A DNA stretch of 64,000 bases, from positions 9,101,079-9,165,078 of the forward strand of contig OZ316898.1 in the NCBI GenBank assembly GCA_973895155.1, read 5' to 3'. Made by a program: the position numbers and the translations under genes. The notes below the pieces were generated by a model. It was not told the DNA's origin. It saw nothing but the letters and a program-made list of their open reading frames with translations, and made no database searches. Source of the DNA: Marsupella aquatica. Lineage: Eukaryota > Plantae > Marchantiophyta. Below are positions 25,604-37,499 of the stretch, in pieces. The first letter of the stretch is position 1; each line of letters begins with the position of its first letter.

Positions 25604-27407
25604 AGTGGTATCAGAGCAAGCCTAGGAGGTGACGTTGAGGTGATCAAAATTTTCGTGACGTGCTGGTGACGGTTTTTTCCAGCGGTTAGAGTCGGTGGAT
25701 TTCACGGAGTTCTGTCGCATGAAACTTGGAGGTGTTGGGCTCAACGGATAGATCGGGGCAAGGGCTTTCCGACGGTGCAAACAAATCTCTGAACAGAGTT
25801 CGTGGTGCGGAGGAATTCACGTTTCCATCATTCTGGATTTTTTGTGATTCGTGTTCGACGGTTTTCTTCGACGGTTCTTTTGGGGGGGAACTGAGATCGT
25901 TTTCTTGATGGTGTAAGCTTTGTGGTGCGCGAGGCGTCACAACCTTTAGCTCAAATCGTAGATCGGGCAAAGCTGATCATTTCGGTAGTTGGATTGCTGC
26001 CGAGTTGTTACCGAGTGCGACGTGATGAGTGACGGAGACGTTCAGGCTTTTTCACAAGCTATGGAGCTTGTTCTCATGTGAACCGGGTTTTTCTTTGTAA
26101 CGTCCGACTCGGTGGAAGAGACGCGAAGTGCTACGGCTCAACAGTTTGATCGCGGTGAGGCGGTCGTTTTGAGCCCGGGATTGGCACTTGATGCGGAGTG
26201 AAGGCGACGCGACGGAATTTATTTTTATTCTGCTGGAGCAGTAGACTGCGCTGGTGCAATTTGGCAACATTTCCCGTCGGCGGCGTTCACTTTCCTCACT
26301 TAAAACAACGGCGTTCAAGGTGTGTAAACGGCTTTTTTGTTTTATCTTGGCTTAGGTTAGGGCCATTTTTGGTGTGTATACACACCCTCCCGGCCCTTGG
26401 TCCCCCATCGTTTCCCCTTGTACGCCCGACCCCCCCCCGCACCTTGTTTTCCCCTCATCCTTCAGCCGCGGCGACGAGCTGCACAACACCGGCCGGCGCT
26501 TTTCGCACGCTCATACGCTCTCCGCCATACCATGCCAGTCGCTACCTCGGCCCCGCCCTGACGTCGTATGGCCGGCCCTACATGTGTATGCGGCTGCGTA
26601 TGCATCCGCTCTATTACACCACCCTAGTAACCCCTGGGCGTACTCCCGGCCTTACGCCCTTCGGGCCTGCCCGTTTATACTGTATTTTTTGATTAGGGGC
26701 TAAAGCACCCCCTTCTGGGCCATTTTTTCCCTCTTTTTCCTCCTTATTGGTTTCCCTTTGTGCTGGGACCTGTCGCCCTCCGTTTTAACCGCTTGGACAG
26801 GGGGAACGGCCCCTTGTGAGACCTGTTGTACTGTGCGGGAATATTCCCAAAAAATAGAGAGCTGTTTTTCGGCCGTCCGACAAAGATTCCGTCCGCTGAA
26901 CGGTAACTTTTTTGGTTCTTTTTCGGTGAGGACGTTGCCACTGGAGTTAGCAACGCGGCGCACCGATCACATCGCAATTCCGACAACGGGTTGTACTGGG
27001 TATTTCGGTTATTCTTCGAGGTGGTCAAAATGGGGGAGTTTCCCAAGGTTTTACCCACCCCGACCGAAATTTGAATAACTTTTCCGTCGAATTTCAATTT
27101 TGATTTTGGCTTTCAGTATTGGACTCCTAGCTTTGTGGGCTACGCGGCGGTGTTGAGTTTTGAGTTTTATGAGAAGTTTCGAAAAAAGATATTTTTTCGT
27201 GACTGTTTCATATGAGTGACTCGGAGGATACTAGAAGAATTGGCATCGGTGGAGCTTCAGGATCGCGACGGTCAGACGGTGAGTCTGAGGAGGAGTTGCT
27301 ACCGGTTGAGGAAGAACTAGTGACACCGGTATGATCACCGGTACGACGTGCAGTGGAGGAAGCTGTGTTACTACCAGAGCTGTCGGTAGTAGGGAAGAAG
27401 AGGGAGA

Positions 27408-30400
27408 TGGCTAGATTTGGAGGAGTAAAGTTTGAGGTGGAGAAGTACGATGGTCGTACTGATTACTTGCTCTGGGAGAAGCAAGTGAAGGGTGTCCTTC
27501 GGGCCATGGGCTTAGCTCATCTGCTCTCTTTGCGAGAGCAGTATGATGGAGAGGAGGAGATTTCTGTGAGACCTCTGTGATTGTTGTCACAACCTCACAA
27601 CCTCACAGAACCTCACAGAACCTCTGTGATTGTTGTCAATGCAGTGATGCTATATCTCAAGCCGCACATCATCAAGCAGCTGGATGATTATGCAGATTGC
27701 GCGTCACTGTTCAAGGCTCTAAGAAAGAAGTACTACCGGGAAGATGCGTCAGACCGACTGTACAAGAAGTCTCTCTTGATGAGCCTCAGGCTCAAGGAAG
27801 GGAGCAAGATGCAGGATCACCTGGATAAATTTGACAGTCTAGCGGTGGATCTGTCAAACCTGGGAAAAGGAGTTGAAGATGAGGATAAGGCCTTACTTCT
27901 GCTAAGCTCCTTACCGCCATCATATCAGGGCTTGAAATAGGTGCTCTGTACAGAGATCTGAAGTCCATTTCGTATAATGAGGTGGTGAGCTCTTTACTGT
28001 CTGACGATGCTCAGAAGAAGTTGGGTCAATCACAAACAGCATCTTCTTCTGGCACTGCGCTGAACGTGAACCGTGGGAGAGCAGCGCAACGCACGAATGG
28101 GCAAAACAGGTTTAGATCTACATCACGGGGGAGATCTAAATCCAGAGGGAAATCGCAAGAGAGGAAGCCTCTTGCATGTTGGAATTGTGGCAAGTCTGGC
28201 CACATGAAAAGGGATTGTCGAGTAAAGGTCCCTACTGCCTCTGCTAATGCGGCATCGAGCTCGCATGAGGTAGATTTACTCGATGATGATGACATATTGT
28301 GATGTCAAGGTTATGCTCTCAACGTAGTGTCAAATCCAGGTAGTGATGACTGGATTCTAGATAGTGCATGTACTTTTCACATTTGCTCTAGGAGAGATTG
28401 TTTCAGTTCTTACACGGTTTCCAACGGGTCAGTGTTGATGGGAAATGGAATCCCATATCAAGTTGTTGGACTTGGATCTGTAAGATTTCAGATGTTTGAT
28501 GGTGTTGTGAGAACGTTGAGGAATGTGAGACATATTCCCAGCATGATGAAAAATCTCATTTCACTTAGAGTTTTAGAAGCAAATGGCCATCAGTGGAGCT
28601 CTGCTAATGGTGTCCTTCAGGTTTCAACTGGTACTAAAGTTGTATTGAAGGGAAAGAGACATAGCAATCTATACGTTTTGGAGGGCAGTGTAGTTTGTGA
28701 TGAAGCCAATGTAACCTTATCTCATGAGGAGACGGCCCGGCTGTGGCACTTCCGTTTGGGCCACATGAGTGAAAAAGGTTTGGCTATTCTTCAGAAAAAA
28801 GGATTACTTTCTAATTTGCAATCTTGTAAGTTGGAATTTTGTGAGCACTGTGTGCTAGGGAAGTAGCACAGGAAACCCTTCGGAGTTGGAACTCACACCA
28901 GCAAGGAGGTACTTGAGTATGTACATAGTGATGTGTGGGGTCCAGCCCCTACTCCCTTATATTCTGGACGGTTATACTATGTCACGTTCATAGACGATTA
29001 CTCAAGGTATGTGTGGATATACTTTCTACACAATAAGTCTGATGTTTTTGCCACTTTTAAGGAGTGGAAAGCCCAAGTTGAGAATCAAACTGGTAATAAG
29101 GTGAGATATCTTCGATCGAATAACGGCGGTGAATACAGTTCCGGTGAATTTGGAACGTATTGTAAGGAGCAGGGGATCACCCGCCATCTCACAACAAGTT
29201 ATACTCCTCAGCAGAATGGTGTTTCTAAGAGACTCAACCGAACACTATTGGACCGCTCGAGGAGTATGTTGAGTCAATCATGCTTACCACATGAGTTTTG
29301 GGCTGAAGCTATCAACACTGCAGCTTATTTGGTAAATTTTTCTCCATCCAGTTCTATTGGATTCAAGACGCCATTTGAAATGAGGTACGGGCGTCCAGCA
29401 AATTACTCACATCTGAGGATTTTTGGATGTAACGCTTATGTGCTTACACCTTCCCAGCTTCGATCCAAGCTGGAGTCCAAGTCGAAGAAGTGCATTTTCC
29501 TTGGCTATCAGAAAGGTGTGAAGGGTTATAGGTTATGGGATCCAGTAACCTGTAAGCTGATTGTCAGTAGAGATGTATCCTTTAATGAGTCCAGATCATC
29601 AAAGGAGGGGGAGAGTTCTCAGGACTCCCATACTGACAAGGGGAAATCTCCCATCCCAGACCGGGTTGAGGGGGAGATTAGTCATGATGCAGTTCATGAC
29701 AGGAGAGATGGAGAAGCTCCGGGCTTGGAGCTGGTTCCTGTGATGGAACAAGAGGAGCAGATTGTTGCTGGGGTACCTCAAATTCATCCAGCAGCAACAG
29801 CAGATCAACCTGAGTCATCTACTAGAAGAACTTCCAATCGTTCTACTAGAGCTCCTACCAGGTATGGTCAATGGGCAGACTCATCTAAGCTAGATGATAT
29901 TGACATTGCACCTGATGAAGATGACATGGCTTTGATCTTGGAAGAAGGCGAGCCTTCTTTGTACAGTGAGGCTTGTGCTTCAGAGCAGAAGCATGAGTGG
30001 AATGCAGCAATGCAGAAGGAGTTGCAATCTTTGAGTGACAATAAGACATGGGAGCTGGTGGAGCTTCCAAGACGTCAGCAAGTGGTGGACAGCAAGTGGA
30101 TTTACAAGTTGAAGGATAGTCCTTCAGAGGGTGGAGACAAGATCTACAAGGCAAGGCTGGTTGCCAAGGGATTCACTCAGGAGAAAGGAGTGGACTACAA
30201 TGAGGTCTTTTCACCAGTGGCGAAATATTCCACAATACGGATCTTGTGTCAGCTTGTTGTGTTTTTTGGTCTGGTGATGGATCAAATAGATGTTACTGCT
30301 TTTCTCTATGGCAACTTGGAAGAGTTGATCTTCATGAGACAGCCACTAGGCTTTATGAAGAAGGGCCAAGAGAACTTAGTTTGCAGATTGCTCAAGTCCT

Positions 30401-31502
30401 TGTATGGATTGAAGCAGTCTCCCAGACAATGGAACAAGCAGTTTGATGATTTCATGTTTGCTCAAGGTTTTACAAGGATGGTGTATGATGCTTGTGTTTA
30501 TACAAAATCAATCAAGAATGATGTATTCGGTTTCATCATTCTGGTGATCTATGTGGATGACATGCTGATTGTGGCTAAAGATCAATCTGAGGTTGACAGT
30601 CTCAAGGCGAAATTGAGTGCTGAATTCAGGATGAAGGATCTTGGTAAGGCCAAGAGGATCTTAGGGATGGAGATTTTTAGGAACTCTGAGACTGGACAGT
30701 TGTGCTTGAGTCAAGGCCAGTATGCGAGGAAAGTACTTGCACGATTCAACATGGAAAATTGTAAGCCAATGAGTATTCCTTTAGCTTCACATTTCAAGTT
30801 ATCATCGGCTTTCTCTCCTACGGATGCTGTGGAGAAAGGTCTGATGGCTAAGATTCCTTATGAGAAGACAGTAGGCAGTCTGATGTATTTGATGACTTGG
30901 CCTTAGCGATGGGCAAGGTTAGCAGATTCATGTCAAATCCAGGAAAGGTACACTGAGAAGCTGTGAAATAGATTCTTAGGTATGTGAAGGGAACACAGGA
31001 CTATGGATTACTATTTGATAACAGATCAGATAGAATGTTGGTTGGCTATGTAGATTCTGACTATAGAGGCTGTCTGGATACAAGGAGATCTACAACTGGG
31101 TTTGTTTACACTCTTGGATGAGGATGTATCAGTTGGAAATCTACCTTGCAGAAGTGCATATCTCAGTCTACTACAGAAGCAGAGTATGTTGCAGCAGCAG
31201 AAGCAGCAAAGGAAGCAATTTGGTTGGATAAGTTGATCGCGGAGATGGGTTTAGAGCATGGAAAAATGACTCTAAACTGTGATAGTCAGAGTGCTCTTCA
31301 CTTGGCTGCTAACCAGGTGATGGATAGCAGGGTGAAGCACATTGATATCAGGTACCATTTTATCAGGCAAGCAGTGTCTGATAAAACTTTTGAGCTAGTC
31401 AAGATTGATGGAAAGCTCAATCCCGCTGATGCCTTTACCGAAGTGATTCCTTTGGAGAGTTTCTCAAGACACCGTGCTACTTTGCAGGTTTTGCAGTTGT
31501 AG
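27408..31502 (+). pseudogene. Copia gag-pol polyprotein with stops and frameshifts
   Basis: KFEVEKYDG (gag), CWNCGKSGHMKRDC (zinc knuckle), WILDSACTFH (protease), WHFRLGH...CEHC and FIDDYSR/TPQQNG (integrase), YKARLVAKG, LYGLKQ, YVDDM (RT), STTEAEY, KHID (RNase H). Stops at 27578, 27938, 28300, 28864 and several between 30900 and 31120. Confidence 0.93.
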
Positions 31503-31709
31503 TGCAAGTAGAGTTATTTAGCAATGTGTGACTATTTGTATATGGATTACTCATTCCTGTTAGGCTACGGCTTAGTTCTAGTTAACCCTTAGTTAACCCT
31601 TGTGGTTTTTAGGGGGAGACCTGGTTTGGTGATTGTCTAGAACTTCCCGCTGAGGATTCCATATGGTAGCATTTAGTCCAGTCCCCAAGACAAGAGTCAA
31701 GGGGGAGTT

Positions 31710-32053
31710 TGTTAGATATTGCTCTAGTCTTGTGACTCATGAGCTAACTATAGTTAGGCTAACTCGGGTTAGGACTTAGCTAATGTTAGTGGTAGTGCTG
31801 TTGTGTATATAACCAGGGCTGATGCCAGACCCTGGTGGAACAAAGGCTCATTGTTATGGAGCTAGTTGAGAGATAGGGACAGCTTGTGCTGTGGATGCTT
31901 GGTATGGCCGGTCGGCCTAGAGTGCAGTAAAGCTCTTGTGTGTTCCCGTGGACGTAGCCTCATGTGGAGGTGAACCACGTATCTCTCTATGTCGACTATT
32001 GTGCGTTGGATGGTTCATGGGCTTGCCGTTACGAATGTCGTCTATGCTCAACA
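31710..32053 (+). repeat. 3' LTR
   Basis: Near-identical to 25260-25603. Confidence 0.96.
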
Positions 32054-32282
32054 CTCTCAACATGCATGCACGAAAGTCAGACTGGTGCACAATTAAGAAT
32101 CTTACTGGGGAGCTCGATGAAAGGTTGTAGTGAGCACAACATGCAAATCACCATCAGTTTTTGGGCACTTTGATTTTTGGAGGAAATTTTAAGGTAACTC
32201 ACCAATGGGCCCAAAAAGTGTTTTAGTCAGCAGTATTCACATATAAAATTGGAGAAGTCTATGCAGTAAAAAAAAGTGTCAA

Positions 32283-32798
32283 ACAAACTAGTCTTATTGA
32301 CTTATATGCCACCAACGGATTCTAAAACATTGACTAAATAATATCCCATGGATTTAATCAGAGGCTACTCGTGTTAGTTTCCACAAGATGGACGTCCCAC
32401 ATCAATCATCAGCAACCCTTGCTGACGGCCAAGGCTCATCCTATGATGCCCTCGATGATGCCCTGACCCCCACTGAGTTCAACCACTAGTCCCACCCTCA
32501 GCCGAGATTTGGAGGCTGGGAGGATGGGCACCCCGGATGGGCAGAGGAGACCCCAAACTCACAATCTGTGTGCTGTGGCTGGTGGTGGAATTTGAAGTTA
32601 AATCAACACATGTGAGGGCATCATCCGGCTGAATCTTGGCCATCAGCAAGGGCAGCTGCTACTCAATGTAGGATGTTGATGTTTTGGTTACTAACCTGAT
32701 TAGCCCTGAAACAGGCCCTCGGACAAGTAAAATCCATGGCACTATAGTCAATATTTTAGAATCCATGACATATTAGTCAATAATCCTATATAGTTTGT
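32283..32798. mobile_element. Foldback/MITE-like element with long imperfect inverted repeats
   Basis: Left ttattgacttatatgcca..ggattctaaaacattgacta..ccatggattt pairs with right aaatccatgg..tagtcaatattttagaatccatgacatattagtcaataa. Inner arms cccttgctgacggccaag / cttggccatcagcaaggg and atgatgccctc / gagggcatcat. No TSD identified. Confidence 0.7.
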
Positions 32799-32825
32799 GT
32801 CAATCTAGAAAATGTCAGTTTAGTA

Positions 32826-34565
32826 TCAAACACTATAATAGGTGATCCCGCCAGTTTTCGTCCATCGTCCGTTACTTTACGAAATGCTATTTGCGCGGGA
32901 TTCATCTGTGGCCGTTAAGACTTTTTCAGACTTTTTCCTGAGCGTTGGATTGGGAAAAATGTGCTCCCCTGCCCACAAGCCTGACCTTGGCTGCACCTGT
33001 CACTTGCCCTGGCGCCCACTGCCTTGGATAGGCCCGTACTCCGCTGCCCATGGCCACCACCTTGACCACTGCTGCCCTGCCATGCACTCACGGTCGCCCT
33101 ACTATGCACGGGTTCCAAAATGCCACAAGCCTTCACAAGCCCTGGCCTCACACAAGGCCATTTGTAAATACCACAAGCCCTCCCTAAGTCCTTTACTAGG
33201 CCTGCCCTTCTGGGCACGGGTACTCAAAACCCACAAGCCACCATAAGCCCTGCATAGGGCCTTGTGCCAAACCATTCTTAAATGCCACAAGCCCTTTACG
33301 AGCCCTGCATAGGGCCTTGGGCCAGGTAATTAAAGCTCTATGAAATGCCTCCCATGCATCTTCCCCTCACCTCCTGGCTCACGGCTCACGGTCACTTTGT
33401 ACCTTCGCCTCTGTCCAGGGGTATTTGAGACTCTTGCATGACTCAAATGGGTACCCAATATAATTGCACTTACAATAAGGCTACCAGCTATAATATATGT
33501 ACTACGGTATATTGTATAGCCAAAGCATATAAAACTTTTTGGCAAAGAGCATTAAAGGGAGAAACATTAAAAGAGAAACAGGTTTTTGGAATGGAGCCAC
33601 TAAAGGGGAAGTGGTGAGCCTGAGAAAGGTTTTGGCTCTTTGCTCTTGAGAAAGGAGTTTTTAGTTTTTGTTGATGTTTTATTTTCCTAGGTTAATGTTA
33701 TCTTTTCTTCCCAATTTGCAATTGTCTTCTCTTTTTTTAATGATATTGGACGGAGGGAAGGAAAAGGGCAAGGTAGAGGGATGGAGGCAGTGGAGGGGGG
33801 CGGGACAGGGCAAATAGGGGGAAAAAAGGTTCAATATATGTCATCCTTCCATATAGCGTGGAGCAACCCCCCCAGCCCTCTTTGGCCTTGCCATACTCAA
33901 CAACATCATGTTCACAAGAACAACATTGACTAAAATGAGAACCCTGCATTGTTGCACCAACAACCATGCATCTAAATGACACTTTTACAACCATAACATG
34001 ATTACATGGATGTCACAATTGAAATGACAACACTTTACCCTATCCCGCCAAAAATAGTCCATCTACAACTATCATAGACAATGGCGCCATTTTTGTCCTT
34101 CGTTCTGTTATGAATTGTATTATGAGCGAGAATCATTCAAGGCCGTTTGATCGTTTGGGAAAATTTCAGTAACTGCTCGATTGCTTAACCGGCCTCCCTC
34201 ACGAGGCCTCCAATGCCCGACAATCCCATCCCTCGCTCGCCTCGCTCCCTTGCTTCGATGCCACCATGATTACTACTTCGTGTTGCCTCCACAACTTGCC
34301 AACTGCGAGTGATATGCGAGATACCATGTTTGCCTCACTTTGAATCTTGCCCTCACCTCCACATCTTGCCCTCTCCTTGACGTCTTGCCCTCACCTCAAC
34401 ATCTTGCCCTCTCCTCGACATCATGCCCTCACCTCAAAAACTTGCCCTCACCTCGACATCTTGCCCTCTCCTCGACATCTTGCCATCACCGTAAAATCTT
34501 GCCCTCTCCTCGACATCATGCCCTCACCTCAAAATCTTTCGTGCAACGCACGGGCATGGGGCTAG
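32826..34565 (+). mobile_element. Non-autonomous Helitron (3' end clear, 5' end tentative)
   Basis: 3' hairpin cgtgc-aac-gcacg (34540-34552) followed by CTAG|T at 34562-34566. Internal repeats ccacaagccc (33120-33330) and ~19-bp tcttgccctcacctcgaca (34340-34535). Candidate A|TC starts at 32826 or 34062. Confidence 0.6.
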
Positions 34566-34569
34566 TATT

Positions 34570-36200
34570 AAATGATTTCGAAGACTTCTGGGCAAAAACC
34601 AGCAGGGCACAGAAAAACAAGCCCAATGAGCAAAACACGTGACTACCAGACACTAGCTGTAGCACCAACCAAGTTTACAAGGGAACCATTGGTCACCAAG
34701 GAAGAGACTTAAGCCAGGTGGAATGGATTAAGTTGACCTTAACACTCAAGCTGTCACAAGGGTGGTCCATGAGTGTTTATGAGTCGGGGTTGCATAGCGT
34801 GCATTGACCCCGCCCCCCCTTCCCCATTTTGGAGCTGGGTTACTCTGCAGAAGAGCCCAATTGTGTTTTTTATCCAGAAACTACACAAGTCAAATCTTCA
34901 GGCCAGCCTTTGTTTCTCTAAAAAAGAGCCATCTTGCATCAATGGTAGCAAATACATATACCTAGATTAACTCGATGGAGTCTATAATTGTCCTCAAAGA
35001 TTTGTCCTTGTCAACAAAGGGTCCTTCATGCTCCTATTGGAGCAAGCGAAAAAGCTCTAAAATATTCCTTCAAACCCTACTTTACTTGTAAGAATACCAC
35101 CTTGAATCATCCCAGGGAACTCTTAGACATGCAAGGGTGAATCAACACTAGTGATTATTATTTTTGAGGTCAAGAATAACCTATAACAAACTCCCAACTC
35201 ACTTTCAGGGCATGAAAGTTACATAGCCGATCTAATTGTTTCACAAGACAAGTGAGCATAAGGTATTTCTAAGAAGTGCCTTGCACGCAATCAGCCCTCA
35301 GTTTGGGGCCTTAAATTGAACGTCTGGCATCATAGTATACACTGAGAATTTCATGACCAAAGTCTAATTAGCCTTGCTTCACAGCAGTTGAAGTGGAGAC
35401 TAAAGTGCAACCACGACAGACTTCCTGGCCCTTGAGGTCCTGACCTGTGAAACTTGTATAAACCAAATTGACTTTCTGTACACTTCCAGTTCAAGGTGCA
35501 TCCTCCACGGCATATTGGTGCATCCCTTATGGCTTTTTCATGCACTTTGGGATGAATTGAGGGCCACCAAACTCAGGGCCTACTACAAGCAAGTCAGCCC
35601 TGAGGCCAAAAAGTCCACAAAACAAGCCAAAAGACCAAAGATCCTAGAGTTCAAACCAGTTGATTTGTGAAGAATGGGTGGGACACAAAGTGGAATGGAC
35701 AAACACCTACTAAGTTGGTAAGGCAGCAGGCCAATAGACACCCAGCCCCCAAATGCCCAAAAGGGATTGGAAGTAGAGTCCAATGGACAAACAGAGAAGC
35801 ACATCTTCAAGGTGTGAGTCCCATTGTGCACTTTTTCCATGCCAAGCCCATGACTCCTCTTTCGACTTGCACACTCCTTGAAATCCAGTAGCCAGGCCGA
35901 CTGGATGACTCGTAAAGTCTGGTTGCCTGGCCATCTCACTTATGCTCAAAACATTTATGCTCAAGATCACTAACTAGCAACAATACTATGCAGTGCATGT
36001 GCCTGACGCTACTAAATATTAAATGAAGGGTTTTTCAGGCCATCAGGACTGGAGCCAGTTCCTTGCTAAAGGGTGGTTTTCACTCGCTAAAAAAGGACAC
36101 AAATAGAGTACTAGAGTTTGTCAAGAAACTAGTGCATTGAATTGAACTACTGTACCTTATGACTCCCTGGTAGTGAGATTCTGGAAGGAGACCAGTTGCC
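34570..36200 (-). mobile_element. Possible decayed L1-type LINE 3' remnant
   Basis: Minus-strand fragment GRGQCTLCNPDS*TLMDH (~34765-34820) resembles the zf-RVT knuckle; no long ORF. Confidence 0.3.
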
Positions 36201-36218
36201 CTAGTACAAAAGTTCAAT

Positions 36219-36614
36219 TCAACTGGCTTTGATCAAAAGGCAGTTTTGCAGGCCTAGGGATGAGCCTAGAACTGAGAGGTCCCAGGTTCAATTCCCCCTC
36301 CACATTCAAGGGTTGGGAAGGCTAGAGTGTGGGTGGGATGTAGTGGTAGGAGTCCTGGTTTCTCCTCAGCCCTTGGCTGGTCCTCTTTGGGGCCCTGGTT
36401 TAACCCTCCCTCCTGGTCTGGTTCCTGTCGGATCCCTGGGTATGACCCCCTCGTGACTACCCTACAGAGGCGCATGCTCCAAAGTTGATCGTCTTTCCTC
36501 TGTGCTAGTCTATACTATGTGCTAGATGGACCCCCTTGTGGCTACCCTATAGAGGCGCATGCTCGGTCTATCCTCTGTGCTAGATGGTCAGCTTTCGGTT
36601 TCAAGGCAAGAAAG
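36219..36614 (+). mobile_element. tRNA-derived SINE, second copy of the family, with internal duplication
   Basis: Homologous to 24652-24971 (aactggctttg...gatgagcctagaact.agaggtcccaggttcaat...ctttcggttttcaaggc, A-rich tail). TSD aaagttcaat at 36209-36218 and 36615-36624. Confidence 0.85.
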
Positions 36615-36783
36615 AAAGTTCAATAGAACCATAAACCCTTCCTGAAATTTTCCTTTTGTAGTGTGTACAAGGTTATGATGCATTAACCCACCATGAAGCC
36701 ATGGAACCCTGAGCCAGCCTGGCCTGGGAATTATGAAATTTGAATGAGAAATTGAGACACTGACTGATCAAAGTTTTCCACTT

Positions 36784-36977
36784 AATTGTGTGTCAAAAAT
36801 TCACTCAGGTTGGTAAATCATCTCCACTTGGGGATAATGGCTGTACTGAATTGTGTGTCAAAAATTCACTCAGGTTGGTAAATCATCTGCACTTGGGGAT
36901 AATGGCTGTACTGAAGTGTGTGTAAAAAAATCACTCAAGAGTTGGTAAATCATCTCCACTTGGGGATAATGCCTGTA
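36784..36977 (+). repeat. 65-bp tandem repeat x3 upstream of the PEX8-like gene
   Basis: aattgtgtgtcaaaaattcactcaggttggtaaatcatctccacttggggataatggctgtactg starting at 36784, 36849, 36914. Confidence 0.92.
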
Positions 36978-37499
36978 ACCCCCTCTTGGGGATGGGTTAC
37001 CCTACACCATTCCTTGGCTCTTGTGAAATTTACGTTGACTTGGTATTGCTGAGCAAAATAATAATGGGCCCCTTTACTTGTACAGAAGTGGCACAATGGT
37101 CTCGTAGAATGTTCATCAGGCAGCACGCACACCCCAAAGATTCAGTCCGGCCAGATTCCCATCCTGTTCAGGACTTCGCAAAATTGCTACTCCGTGATTG
37201 TTCTCGCACAAAACTGAGATCCACATGCTTTGGTGTATCGAACAAACTTGCTCGTCGGTCGTCAGGTGCAAATTTTGCATTTGGTTGGACATGCTGATGT
37301 AGAGAAAGAGCTTGCTCTTTCTTAGTCTTCACAAGTCTGGCTTCCTGAAATGTTTTACTTAAAGGATTGGAGAATGGGCCTTTCATCATCTGGCCTGTCA
37401 GCTTTGGAGAATCGAGTCAATGGCGGATTTCCAGGAAGTTGATTGCAAGGTGATTGTCTGGTAACCTGGGTTTTGTTCTAATCATCTGTCGTTCCAGAC

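Larger units (their letters stand above)
25260..32053 (+). mobile_element. Full-length Ty1/copia LTR retrotransposon (Tork/Tnt1-like), coding region inactivated
   Basis: 344-bp TG...CA LTRs, CTCTC TSD (25255-25259, 32054-32058), Met-tRNA PBS tggtatcagagc (25606-25617), PPT aagggggag before 31710, domain order gag-PR-INT-RT-RH. Confidence 0.97.

Noticed and set aside
26198-27097. ORFs in the copia leader as an extra or env-like gene
   Set aside because: Low-complexity GC-rich translations in several frames with non-ATG starts and no motifs.
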